A stretch of 64,000 nucleotides of DNA from Octopus vulgaris (GCA_951406725.2 OX597831.1:69130001-69194000), one strand, 5' to 3'; shown: positions 51,000 to 63,384, numbered from the stretch's first letter. Numbers and translations are program-made. The notes: generated from the sequence alone by a model not told the origin.

Positions 51000-51200
51000 G
51001 TATCTCTTAATTGGTAACTACTGTTTGAGCTTTCATTGTCAATGCTTCTTTTCTTCTCATAATCTCTGCTTTGTTTCATCTTCAAGTTCTTTACTAAAGA
51101 CTTGGCTTAGTTCTTCCTACTTTAAGCTGCTTCTCTGTGCAACCCAGTCTCTGACAATGTTTTCATACAAGTATTGCCTATAGAACCTCAAGCTCAATAT
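51000..51200 (-). pseudogene. Possible highly decayed LINE C-terminal fragment
   Basis: Minus remnant YENIVRDWVAQRSSLK*EELSQVFSKELEDETKQRL*EEKK loosely resembles RTE C-terminal helices; weak. Confidence 0.25.
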
Positions 51201-52119
51201 CAACTGCCCTCCTACATTGACTAAGTAAGAATGGAAAAAAAAGATTACAACATTTAGGTTTTTGTTTCCTTGCAGAGAGTACTTACCTTGTCTCTTCCAC
51301 AATCTCCTACCTACAGAAATTATCCATGCTTACTTTAGACATATTTCATAAATGCACTTTATGAACACAGCCTCAAATAAGAACAGAAACCATTACCTCA
51401 GATGCTGTGCAAAAGTATTTAAACACAGTATAAAGTAACAAACCTATGGAAATTCTTCTTTCTCAGAAACAGCACACAGTTAAATTTCAGAAAGCTCTGC
51501 AATTGTAATGTGATGTACTATGTAATATGAGTTGAAACACGATAAATGTATGATACCAGTACACCAACTGTACAGTTCGTAACATGAACTATGATATATG
51601 TACAGTAGCATAATATGATGCATGATAAAGTGGACACCATAAGACGACGTATGTTATATGTATAGTACTATAACTCAAATTTCAATGTAAGCAGAGTGCT
51701 ATAACACTTTGTATGTATTAGTGTACACAGTATGTCCACAAATGCTGCCGTACTTTAAGAAGTACAACCAGACATGAGCTAACTTCCAGCGTAAATGTTG
51801 AAATATGACACCTAAAGACAATCCAAAATCTGATCTTTTGTTTCAGTTTTAGAAAATACTTCAGCTCTGAAGACAATCCTATATTAAAGACTTACTAAGA
51901 TGATGTAACTATTCCATACAAATAACTAGATTCTGCTCCATTCTAAGCACTTTATTTTAACCAATTTTCTATAAACAATTTGTCAAGAACAATGTGTCAA
52001 GACATTTACTATGAATCCCGCCCCCAAACACCAACCAGCAAAATTTCAAACTGAATTGACCTCACCAGCTGATTATGATGTTTTAAGGGTTATATAGTTA
52101 TTGCATTTCCTCTTCAATA

Positions 52120-52470
52120 ATCATCATCATCGTTTAACGTCCGCTTTCCATGCTGGCATGGGTTGGACGGTTCAACTGGGGTCTGGGAAGCCAGGAGGCT
52201 GCACCAGGCTCCAGTCTGATCTGGCAGTGTTTCTACAGCTGGATGCCCTTCCTAACACCAACCACTCCGTGAGTGTAGTGGGTGATTTTTATGTGCCACG
52301 GACACAGGTGCCAGATGAGGTTGGCGAACGACCACTCTCGGATGGTGTTTTTTTTATGTACCACGGACACAGATGCCAGATGAGGTTGGCAAACGGCCAC
52401 GCTCGGATGGTGTTTTTTACTTGCCACCGGCACGGAGGCCAGGCGGGGCTGGCATGGCTGCGATCGGATT
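52120..52470 (-). mobile_element. RTE 3' UTR fragment
   Basis: Homologous to 24939-25250. Confidence 0.88.
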
Positions 52471-52497
52471 TGTCACAAAGGCATCCCTTTGAATTAA

Positions 52498-52719
52498 CCC
52501 TTTTGTTACTGTATTTGTTTTGAGATGCTCTGTGTTTTTCTCAATTGTTTTAGATATAACAAAGAATTTAGTAAAATAACTCAGTTATCATTAAGCTAGT
52601 GTCAGAGACCATTAATTGTGACTAAGGTTTGGTGGAAGATTTTAATTCAAAATTTATGAAACCAAGACATTTGTACTACAGAGCCAGAGCCAGTTTCAGC
52701 CGGGCTGGTAGCAAAAGGG
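52498..52719. mobile_element. piggyBac-like MITE (TTAA target)
   Basis: TTAA|CCCTTTTGTTAC … GTAGCAAAAGGG|TTAA. Confidence 0.85.
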
Positions 52720-53777
52720 TTAAATGATAAACAAGATTTAATTTATGGACTATCCATTTAGTTTGGTAGGATACAGGAATTAAATCTATGAAGAATTCAT
52801 CAAATAAGAATATAATACTTCAAGTACTGGGAAAATCTCAGATATGTATGAATAAAATGGCAGTTCACTAGCTCTTCTCAGAACTGTGTGATTGTCTCCA
52901 ATTATTATGTTTTCTTTTTGCTTTAATTTATACTAATTGGTAAGAGTATATTACTAAATACTTGGAAAAGATTTCAGTAAAAATATATTAAGAAACCTTG
53001 ATGTATAAAGTTGTCTAACACTTGTCAAGAGATATTTCTGAATTTTTTCTTTCGCAACAGATATCTACAATCAATCCAAATGCCCTCTAGGGATACCAAT
53101 CGCAATAATTTTCAGAAAATATCTTGTTATCACTATGTTCTCAGAGGCAATAACAGTGTCTAGCTATTGAAAATGTTTTTTTTTTACTTTTAAGTCAAGT
53201 GTAAAATGAAAAACGATGTCATAGTCCAAATGTGTTATTTCTATCTATCTGATCAAGTGTTTAAAATGAATAAGAACAGTTCTATATATTATATAATGCA
53301 GAATAGTATTTACATAGAAGATTAATGTTGTCTAGAAGTTGGACATTTGTTTTACACAAGAAAAAAATGATACAGAGGTCTGCCTCTTTCTTTCTCCTTC
53401 TCTCTCTCTCTCTCTCCCTTTCTTTCTTGTAAACAGACACCCATAAAAAAACTATGGTTATATGAGAAAATACTCACACATACACAATCAGGCATGTGTA
53501 TATGCACACACACACACATACTGATTTTATCTATTTTCCTTCTCTATCATCTTTTCATTTCTAACAGAGAGAAATGAAAGTTTCCTGTTTGATATGAGCA
53601 ATTTAAAGAGAATAAGTTTGAATATTTTATGTTGCCTAATATTTACCTGCTGACTTCCAGCTAAATCTGAAGTATTTCACACTTTTATATCTTCCTTTAG
53701 GGACATTTTTTCCCCCTCTTTAATATTTACCAGTTACCTTTAATCCCATTTATTCTTTACAAATACATGAATTTTCC

Positions 53778-53832
<55 letters not shown>

Positions 53833-54286
53833 GCAACAATATTGATACCTTTAATATCGACTTCATCTCAGAGTTTAAGAATTAATGTGTAGATAAAGTA
53901 ACCAACTCAGATGTTAAGTTATATATTTGTGCACATATGTATACATATGTTTGTTTGTGTATCTGTGTGTACGATAAGTGTACGTGTGTGTGTGTGTGTG
54001 TGTGTTTGCATACATGCATAAATGTGCACACACACAAGCACTCACAATTACTCATACGTGTTTAGCTACAGACATATAGTAACATTTCTCCACATTCATG
54101 CAATTTCGAATTATGTAACTCAATCATGTCACGACACATTCCATTTGTTTTTGCTAGTTTTTCCTATGATTTTTTGCGGGGCTGACTTCACTCAGGCTTG
54201 GCCTTGATGGTTAAAACAAATTGAGAAACTACCATCTGAACTGACATCTAAAAGAAGTAACTACTCAAAATCAGAAAAAAACCCCA

Positions 54287-54684
54287 CAGGAGTGGCTGTG
54301 TGGTAAGTAGCTTGCTAACCAACCACATGGTTCCGGGTTCAGTCCCACTGCGTGGCATCTTGGGCAAGTGTCTTCTGCTATAGCCCCGGGCCGACCAATG
54401 CCTTGTGAGTGGATTTGGTAGATGGAAACTGAAAGAAGCCTGTCGTATATATGTATATATATATATATATGTGTGTCTGTGTTTGTCCCCCTAGCATTGC
54501 TTGACAACCGATGCTGGTGTGTTTACCTCCCCATCACTTAGCGGTTCGGCAAAAGAGACCGATAGAATAAGTACTGGGCTTACAAAGAATAAGTCCTGGG
54601 GTCGATTTGCTCGACTAAAGGCGATGCTCCAGCATGGCTGCAGTCAAATGACTGAAACAAGTAAAAGAGTAAAAGAGAGAGAGT
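54287..54684 (+). mobile_element. SINE family A
   Basis: Family match. Confidence 0.9.
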
Positions 54685-55243
54685 ATATAAATTCAGTCTG
54701 AGTGCTTCAACACATCAAACTTACTCATTTACCAGAGCAGGTTTCATGAGTGATTCCCACTGATCTAGCAGTTGTGAATAGTAAAGCAGATACCAGTATA
54801 ATTGATGTGGTAAACAAAGAAATCATAATTAAAAATTTCTTGGTTTACTAATCAAATATTGTACACTTTCCAATTATGTTTTTTTTGCACAGCAGACATC
54901 TCTGAGTAATTTTACTTAGACAATCATATAAGCAGATGTTTGTTGCAGACATGTACGTAAATGTTAGTATTTTTGTTTTAACTCTTTGCTAAGAATGCCA
55001 AACATTTTTTGACTTACCATCTCGTATGCTAAATTAATATTACTTTTTGTACTCTTAAAACTACTGAAGACCAGTGTTTTTTGATTACCTAGCATCACAT
55101 ATATTGCTTGTTGGCATCTTGGCTTTCTTTTTCTTTGACTACATCTCTGATTTGAAGTATATGAACTGTAAACTGTAAGTGCAAAGTGCCAAATGTGTCA
55201 GCTAATAGATTGAATAGAAATATATACAGCAATATGCAATATA

Positions 55244-55650
55244 GGCACAGGAGTGGCTGTGTGGTAAGTAGCTTGTCTACCAACCGCATGGTTCCGGGTT
55301 CAGTCCCACTGCGTGGCACCTTGGGTAAGTGTCTTCTACTACAGCCTCGGGCTGACCAAAGCCTTGTGAGTGGATTTGGTAGATGGAAACTAAAAGAAGC
55401 CCGTCGTATATATGTATATATATATGCGTGTGTGTGTGTTTGTGTGTCTGTGTTTGTCCCCTAGCATTGCTTGACAACCGATGCTGGTGTGTTTATGTCC
55501 CCGTCACTTAGCGGTTCGGCAAAAGAGACTGATAGAATAAGTACTGGGCTTACAAAAGAATAAGTCCTGGGGTCGAGTTGCTCGACTAAAGGCGGTGCTC
55601 CAGCATGGCCACAGTCAAATGACTGAAACAAGTAAAAGAGTAAAAGAGTA
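55244..55650 (+). mobile_element. SINE family A
   Basis: Family match. Confidence 0.9.
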
Positions 55651-56109
55651 TAGCTTATAGAAACCTGCAGTTGTTGTATGTGTGTATCTTTGTGGTATTG
55701 TAATGTGTGTGTATGTATGTGTGAGTGTGTGTGTGTATGTGTGTGCAGACAGCAGCTTCACTGCTACATGGTTTTGGGTCTGATCCCATTGTATGGACCC
55801 TTAGGTATATAACTTCTACCAAAGCCTCGGGTAGACAATAATTTGAAAGTGAAAGTAGCTAGTTGGAAATTGTGAGGAGGAATGTTATTAGACGTGTGTG
55901 TGTTGGGGGTTGTGTGTGCATACATACCTTTCTACTGACCACTTGGGTAGCTGTGACCTTTATTTTTGTCTGGTATAAACAATGCGTCTCATTACTTGGT
56001 GGTTCAAAGTGCAAATAGTAGTTAAATAAAGTACCAAATTTGAAAACATGTAAGGTTTGTCACCAGAAAGGGTTTCCAGCCATATAATACTTTCTTGCAA
56101 ACATTTTGT

Positions 56110-56490
56110 TCAAAATATGCCAGCAATGAAACAGTAGACATAAAAACAGTTCTTGATAATAATATAGGAATGACAGAAGGTTTTTTCGGGACCTGTTTTA
56201 TCAATCATAAATCCTCCTTTAATATTCAGAAGGCACATATGTCACATGCCTAGCTTAACATATATGGACATTGAAAAAAAGAGCCATAGGTTACAACGTC
56301 AAGTGGAGAGTGTTGGAAAAGTGTAAGCCTTACTTGAAAAAGTATCAGGTGCAGGCTATGCCTACCTGAGAAAACAACTTTACTAAAGAACTCATTTCAC
56401 CAGAACATCTACCTAAACTTCAAGATATGCACATATCTTCAAGATATGCACATATGAAAGGAAGTATGAGGCCAGTTACCTATGAATTTC
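56110..56490 (+). pseudogene. Penelope-like GIY-YIG endonuclease remnant
   Basis: NIGMTEGFFGTCFINHKSSF … GYNVKWRVLEKCKPY … CRLCLPEKTTLL, with frameshifts. Confidence 0.75.
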
Positions 56491-56619
56491 ACTATGATTA
56501 TAAATATTAGGTCTTCCACCATCAGTGTTCCTACCACCAAAACCTGAGAGTCCAGAATTGTGTTGACCATGTCCAGCCTCACATGCATAAGCTTTTTTTT
56601 TTAATTATGAAGTAATATG

Positions 56620-57250
56620 CGAAAACTACCATTCATAAAATTATACAGATTTCACCTTTGATATTACTGAAGAGAAGAAGAGTTATTTATAAAAGCTTAT
56701 CAATATAGGATTCCATTATTCCAAATTATCTAAGTATATGACCTATATTTGGAATACAAAACAATACAACGGATTTTACACATAACTATTATGGATTATT
56801 ACAGAAGAATTACCAAAGAAGTATATATGGATTTCAAGACTCTCATACTAAAGTGTACTTACCAAAATCAAAAGCAGTAATTTTTAATTTTTAATTCATA
56901 TTTCAAACAAATACCATTTTATAGTATTACTTAAAATTTTTAAAAAACTACCATTCGATGTTATACAAAATTCAAATTTTATATCTCTGAAGAGCAGAAA
57001 GAGTTGTCTATAAATGCTTATCAATATAGGATTTCATTATAGGGAGAGCACTTCTGTGAAACGATCGTAAGATGCTTTAAATAATTAATTCAAAACTTTT
57101 AAACCGTCATATACATTATATATTTATACTTATACATATTTAATACAACAATTATTTTACACACGTATATATCTTTCTGCAGAATTTTCTAACATTGATT
57201 TCCTGATATTAATAATAATATATTATAAAATATATGTACAAACATATATA
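56620..57250 (+). mobile_element. Tandem, partially duplicated pseudo-LTRs of the Penelope-like element
   Basis: 56622-56719 and 56945-57040 are diverged direct repeats (AAAACTACCATTC…CTGAAGAG…GCTTATCAATATAGGATT), about 323 bp apart. Confidence 0.7.
56982..57074 (+). ncRNA. Type I hammerhead ribozyme, complete core
   Basis: Stem I UAUCU/AGAUG; CUGAAGA (56987-56993); stem II GCAGAA/UUCUGU with a 52-nt loop; GAAAC-GAUC-GUA, where ACGAUCGU is a palindrome. Predicted cleavage after 57069. Confidence 0.75.
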
Positions 57251-57261
57251 TTCCATCCAAG

Positions 57262-57669
57262 CGGGATCACTGCCAGAGCAGCTGTCTGGCTTCCATGCTG
57301 GTGGCACGTAAAAAGCACCATTTGAGTGTGATTGTTACCAGCATCGCTTTACTGGCACTTGTACCAGTGGCACGTGAACAAAACATTCGAGCGAGGTCGT
57401 TGCCAGTGCCGCTGGACTGACCCCTGTGCAGGTGGCATGTAAAAAACACAGTTTTGAGTGTGGCCATTGCCAGTACCGCCAGACAGGCCCCGTGCTAGTG
57501 GCACATAAAAGCACCCACTACACTCTCAGAGTGGTTGGTGTTGGGAAGGGCATCCAACTGTAGAAACTCTGCCAGATCAGATTGGAGTCTGGTTAGCCAG
57601 TCCTCATTCAAATCGTCCAACCCATGCTAGCATGGAAAGCGGACATTAAATGATGATGATGATGATGAT
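57262..57669 (+). mobile_element. RTE 3' UTR fragment
   Basis: Same subfamily as 50465-50983; (GAT)n tail. Confidence 0.85.
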
Positions 57670-57906
57670 ATATACACGTTTACCAATTTGTTTTGCAAGA
57701 TTCCTGATGCGAAATCGTGTGTTGAAACACATTATTTCAGCTCATGTTATTTATTATTATTATTTTTATAATTGCTAAATAAGTGCACTCACTATATATA
57801 TATTTTTCACTCATTTATTACTCTTATTTTAACACCTGTCCATTGTCCAGAAATCTTTCCTCACATTTTTCTACCTTGTTTCACATTTATATGCATACTC
57901 TAGTAT

Positions 57907-57939
<33 letters not shown>

Positions 57940-58007
57940 AAGAGATAGATAGATTGATGTGTGCATGGGTGTGTATACTTATTCACGTATGTGTGTGTGT
58001 GTATATG

Positions 58008-58069
<62 letters not shown>

Positions 58070-59398
58070 TAATTTAATCATGATTTTATCATGTCTTCAT
58101 CCAAGATCAAGATGAACACCAATGTTCCATGCAATAGGTTTGAAACTTTTTAAGAGATAAAGCTATCTTAATATGAAACCATTAGTAGCCTTGTTAACCC
58201 ACAAATAACGAATATTTATCCATCAATGTAGTGTTGAGCATTCATTCTCACTGTTCAATATTCAGACACACACATATGGGTGGGTGGGTGTGAGTTGCAG
58301 GAACAAAACTTTCTGAAGTTAATTTGTGAAGTATAATAATAAATAAATTATAGAATTATGACAGATTATGTTTATACTGCAGAAATCTTTATATTATACT
58401 TGCAGTTATGTAGAATTTAGTCTCTCTCACAAGATAACCCTTATTGTAATTATAGCAATGGTTCTTTACATTGTTGTACAAAATACAGCTATTGGAAAAT
58501 ATTAAAATCACAAATTAGATCTAAAATTTTATTATTTCAAACTGTAAGATCTATTATATCTTACTTGTACAAACATTTGATAGTTATGGAAATAGATATT
58601 GTATTTTCTGTTTATTTCAATCTGACAAATTACTGTGGCAGAAGACAAGCAATTTTAGATGATATACAGGCAACCATAGTTGACCTCTTAACATAGAGTA
58701 ATAAATCTTATAAAGGTGACAAAGTTGAGAAATTCTGCAAAGTTTTCTTACATTCATTTGGGTCTCATGAATTAGATGACATAGCATTTAGTGTAAGGTG
58801 AAATACTAAACTGCAATCACATGCAACCCACTCCCGCAGGGAAAAAAGCATGCATTGAAACACAGTCTGTACTGTTGATGAAAACGATGTAATCTACATA
58901 AAGAAATAACAAGAAAAATTTTATTTATGAGAAGCCTTCCATAAATTAATTTGTCATAATTATAGTTTGTTGACCTCGTAATTGTTTGAATGTTTAACTT
59001 GTAAATTGGAATTAAAGAAGGATATTGACTCTGAAATAGATTTTATTTGGAGTTGAAAAAGGAAAACCCATAGTCTTTGGATAGAAGTAAAAACAATTAT
59101 AGTTATTTCATGCTGCCAGCTCCACAGTTACAACAACTCTACTTTTATATAAAATACATGTATATATATTTCAGACTTATACCAACAGTTTTATGTAAAA
59201 ATCTATTTCCTTAATCTCAATGATAATCAACACTGTACATGTCAGATCTACATCTCAGTCAGCACCATACACACCAGATCTTTGATATCTTTGTGATAAA
59301 TAGAATTGTCTCCTGATTACATAGTTTATGTAATGTATTAAAATCAATCAGTGCCCAACGTTGTTACTAATGTTGTATTTATTCTATCAGATATGAGT

Positions 59399-59779
59399 GG
59401 AGGTGCAATGGCCCAGTGGTTAGAGCAGCGGATCGCGGTCATAAGATCGCGGTTTCGATTCCCAGACCGGGCGTTATGAGTGTTTATTGAGCGAAAACAC
59501 CTGAAGCTCCACGAGACTCCGGCAGGGGATGGTGGTGATCCCTGCTGTACTCTTTCACCACAACTTTCTCTCACTCTTACTTCCTGTTTCTGTTGTACCT
59601 GTATTTCAAAGGGCCGGCCTTGTCACTCTCTGTGTCACGCTGAATATCCCCGAGAACTACGTTAAGGGTACACGTGTCTGTGGAGGGCTCAGCCACTTAC
59701 ACATTAATTTCACGAGCAGGCTGTTCCGTTGATTCGGATCAACTGGAACCCTCATCGTCGTAACCGACGGAATGCTTCC
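59399..59779 (+). mobile_element. SINE family B, full length with TSD
   Basis: 11-bp direct repeat ATCAGATATGA at 59386-59396 and 59780-59790. Confidence 0.92.
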
Positions 59780-59815
59780 ATCAGATATGAATTGGTTAAC
59801 AGCAAAGTAAGCCTT

Positions 59816-59965
59816 GAAGACAAATGGCAAAGCGATATGGTTGTTATGCTCCTGATCAAGAATTCATAGGTTCAGTTCTCAGATTGGGCAAAATGTTATG
59901 TCCTTGAGCAAAGCAGTTTATTTATTGTTGCTTCTGCCCTCACAGCTTTAAATGAGACTTGTACA
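59816..59965 (+). mobile_element. Old SINE family D head/body
   Basis: GGTTCAGTTCTC…TGTCCTTGAGCAAAGCAGTTTATTT…GTTGCT. Confidence 0.55.
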
Positions 59966-61017
59966 GCCAGGTAGGAGTTAACACTAGTCTATTACAGATA
60001 GGTCTCATAACAAGAAGAATATTTTCTTCTAGTCACACTAGGGAAACTGAAACTCTAGTCAAATAGGGTTGGAGGTTTAAGACAGATTTTATTTTTTGTC
60101 ACCTTATCTTTCATAGGGAGCAAAAGGAACTGTGCTCCTTGAGCTAAACCCTGAAAACATTTTTCAAGTCAGAATGCAAAAAGATATCATGTACATTTAT
60201 TCTGCTATAATTCTATCACAGTACACTTTAGTTAACTAGTTTGTATTAGCTAACACAATGAAGGCTATGCAGGAGCAACTATTTCTATCGCTGATATTAA
60301 CAACTAATAACTATTTCATTATGAGAAACCTATCAATCTTCAGTGTTTCCACGATGATGTTGCTTGGGAAATCTTCGTTAGCAATTTTCCAGGTATGCAG
60401 AAATAATTGCAGCTCCATGATTCTCCAATTTCGTGACATCTTTACTGTATATACCTAGAGAAAGGGAGAGATGGAGAGAGAGAAAAGAAGAGATCGTATA
60501 AGTATGCACGAACGGATATGCACGTGTATGTATATATATATATACAAACACACACACACATACTTTATTATTAAAGTTCCAAATCTTAATCACAACTGTC
60601 CAGTGAATGAGAACAGATAGCTAGTTAGCTAGATAGGCAGATGTGTGCATGGGTGTGTGTGTGTGTATATATATATTCCAGTGGAGTGCAATGGTAGTTC
60701 AAATTATCTGATAATCGTTTATGATTCTCTAATGCAAATGTTACTTATTAAAAAATAAAGGTAAATTGTATTACACAACCACATCTTTCAAGCTCAAAGA
60801 ATACATGAGCTGAGTGCTACTAGGAAGATTTGCATTTGTTACCTTCCAGCAAGTAAGTCTAGTAGTGTAATTTCACAAGTATTCCTGTAATTCAATGACA
60901 AATAATCATATGAATTGATAACATATTGCAGGTCATGATGTTGACACCAAACCAAACTTTATCAACCGATATATGATCAAAGGCATTCCAGTTGTGATCA
61001 TCCCAGCATTTTAGGGT

Positions 61018-61409
61018 TACTCTTTACCCTCTTTTACTTGCTTCAGTCATTTGACTGCGACCATGCTGGAGCACCGCCTTTAGTCGAGAAAATCGACCCC
61101 GGGACTTATTCTTTGTAAGCCCAGTACTTATTCTATTTGTCTCTTTTGCTGAACCGCTAAGTGACGGGGACATAAACACACCAGCATCGGTTGTCAAGCA
61201 ATGCTAGGGGGACAAACACAGACACATATATATATATACATATATACGACAGGCTTCTTTCAGTTTCCATCTACCAAATCCACTCACAAGGCATTGGTCG
61301 GCCCGGGGCTATAGCAGAAGACACTTGCCCAAGATGCCATGCAGTGGGACTGAACCCAGAACCATGTGGTTGGTTAGCAAGCTACTTACCACACAGCCAC
61401 TCCTGCGCC
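61018..61409 (-). mobile_element. SINE family A nested in a family-E repeat
   Basis: Family match; family-E sequence resumes on both sides. Confidence 0.9.
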
Positions 61410-61793
61410 TATGTAAGGCTTCACTATTCATTGTGTTCATTACATGTTTAAGACCGCAAGATGTGATTTAAAGGAGACTTGGTTGCTACTTAATCAGATT
61501 CCTTTGTTGGTTTGTAGTATAAGTAATTATGAGTTGAGATTTGATGAAACTACTTTGAATTAAGCATAGCCATGCAGTACTTGTAGATTTAGATCTGACT
61601 CAGCAGAACTATGATCAAAAGCATAACTAGTATGACCATTACATGTCTTTTTGTTTTTGTCTTTTATATGGTGTGAGTAGGACTTCATTAGCCAATGTGA
61701 TGTTTTTTTTCCAAGAGAGCAGGATATGATTAGAGAGAAAGTTGGTTGATATTTCTAACTGTTCAACATTGTAATACAACAGAGAAAAATATA

Positions 61794-62589
61794 AAGGGTG
61801 TTTGGATTAAATATTACAGTTTGCATAAAAGGAAAAGAAGATACAATAAATACCCCATCTAAAAATAAATGCATTTTAAAAACACAAAAATATTAACTGA
61901 ATTATGGCTGGAAGATAACAGTTTACTCAAAGTAGCCATCCTCAGCTTCCACTATGACCTCAAGATTGCTCCAGGATCTGGCACATGCTTTCTATTTTGG
62001 TCATCAATTTGTCATTGGTGGTGCAGGAAGAGTGGTTGGTGTATTTTGCAACCATGAACCACATATAGTAGAAAATAAGATTACAATTAGGGGGATGAGA
62101 AGGCCAGTAATTGGCACTGGTGAAGTTGTAGAATTTCTCTGACAAGCACTTCTGACACTTTCCAGATATATGATGAGGAGCTGAATCCTCCTGCCACATG
62201 TATAGCATTTCAGCAGCAATCCTCTCCAGCCAGGGATTGACCACAATCTTCAGTGGCTGCCCTTAACAGTCTGAATTAAGCCTAAGGCTGGCCATGGCCT
62301 TATAGTCTCTGTTGCAGCCGTCCATGTCATGCCTTACTGCCTTTACAGTGTTCATAGAACATTGAACAGCAGTCATGGTGCTAGTATCTTGATACCTGGT
62401 GTGAATCATCATGATACAGGTAATTCTTTTCCAATATTCTGATGGCTTTCAGTCCTTCATCTCAGGTAAGTTTTTCTCAACAGCTTTAATCTTTATGCCC
62501 TCCAACACCTTTGACTGTTCACTAATATACCAAGCTGCTCTTGAATAAAAGGAGGCATAATATTTGTCAAATTTAGCCTGAACACTCTG
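61794..62589 (-). mobile_element. Decayed Tc1/mariner element with transposase remnant
   Basis: PWLERI…MWQEDSAPHH…YWPSHPPNCNLIFYYMW matches the QQDSAPAH…WPPNSPDLNP.DY.VW pattern. Diverged TIRs AAGGGTGTTTGGATTAAAT / AATTTAGCCTGAACACTCTG. Confidence 0.8.
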
Positions 62590-62647
62590 AATTTCTCACT
62601 GTTGTATTAATGACTTACATCTATGCATGAGGATTATTTATTAATGT

Positions 62648-62810
62648 AGGTGTTAGTTGACTCAATGGTTAAGAACTTTGCTTCTCAACAAAAATGGTTT
62701 TATGTTTAATCACATTGTAGGGCACCTTGGGAAAGTATGTTATATTACTTGCAGCACTGGGTTGATCAAAGCCTTGTGAGTGGATTTGGTTGAAAGAAGC
62801 CTGTTGTATG
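62648..62810 (+). mobile_element. Old SINE family A, 5' half
   Basis: GGTTAAGAACTTTGCTTC…GGCACCTTGGG…AAAGCCTTGTGAGTGGATTTGGT. Confidence 0.65.
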
Positions 62811-62859
62811 TATGTATGTATGTATGTATGTATGTATGTATGTATGTATGTATGTATGT

Positions 62860-62899
<40 letters not shown>

Positions 62900-63258
62900 A
62901 AGTTTAAAAGTTTAATAATTTATAAATTTAAAATTTAAAATATAAAAATTTATAAATATAAATTTAAAAATTTCAGATTTCAGTATTTTAAATTTTATAT
63001 TTTATATATATTTTGTATATTATATTAATTATATTTATTTTTTGTTTTTTATGTTTTGGTTTATGTCTATCACTGTTTGAGTTGCCTAATAGTGGTTTTA
63101 TCTCTAATTTAATTTATATATATATATATATATATATCACAATCAAGGAACGGCCATAATAGGCCATTCACCCACTAGAAATAACAGCCAAAGCTTTAAC
63201 CGCAAAATAACATTAATTCCGTAAACCAGGAGAAAATTAAAAAAACATTTACCCTGTA

Positions 63259-63365
63259 ATTTCTTATACGATGCACCGTTTCATCTACTGTTTAATGGTA
63301 AACTAACCTGATTAAATTAAATCAAGCCAATCTTCCATAGGCCCTTAGATTCCTCAGTAAGAAAT
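63259..63365 (-). ncRNA. Type I hammerhead ribozyme, complete core and stems
   Basis: Stem I AUUUCUUA/UAAGAAAU (8 bp, perfect); CUGAGGA; stem II AUCUA/UAGAU with a 58-nt loop; GAAA-CGG-UGCA-UCG-UA. GUA cleavage is predicted between plus-strand positions 63267 and 63266. Confidence 0.8.
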
Positions 63366-63384
63366 ATATATATATATATATATA

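Noticed and set aside
60295-60355. Minus-strand hammerhead (CUGAAGA…GAAAU)
   Set aside because: Stem II pairs poorly and stems I and III cannot be formed convincingly.
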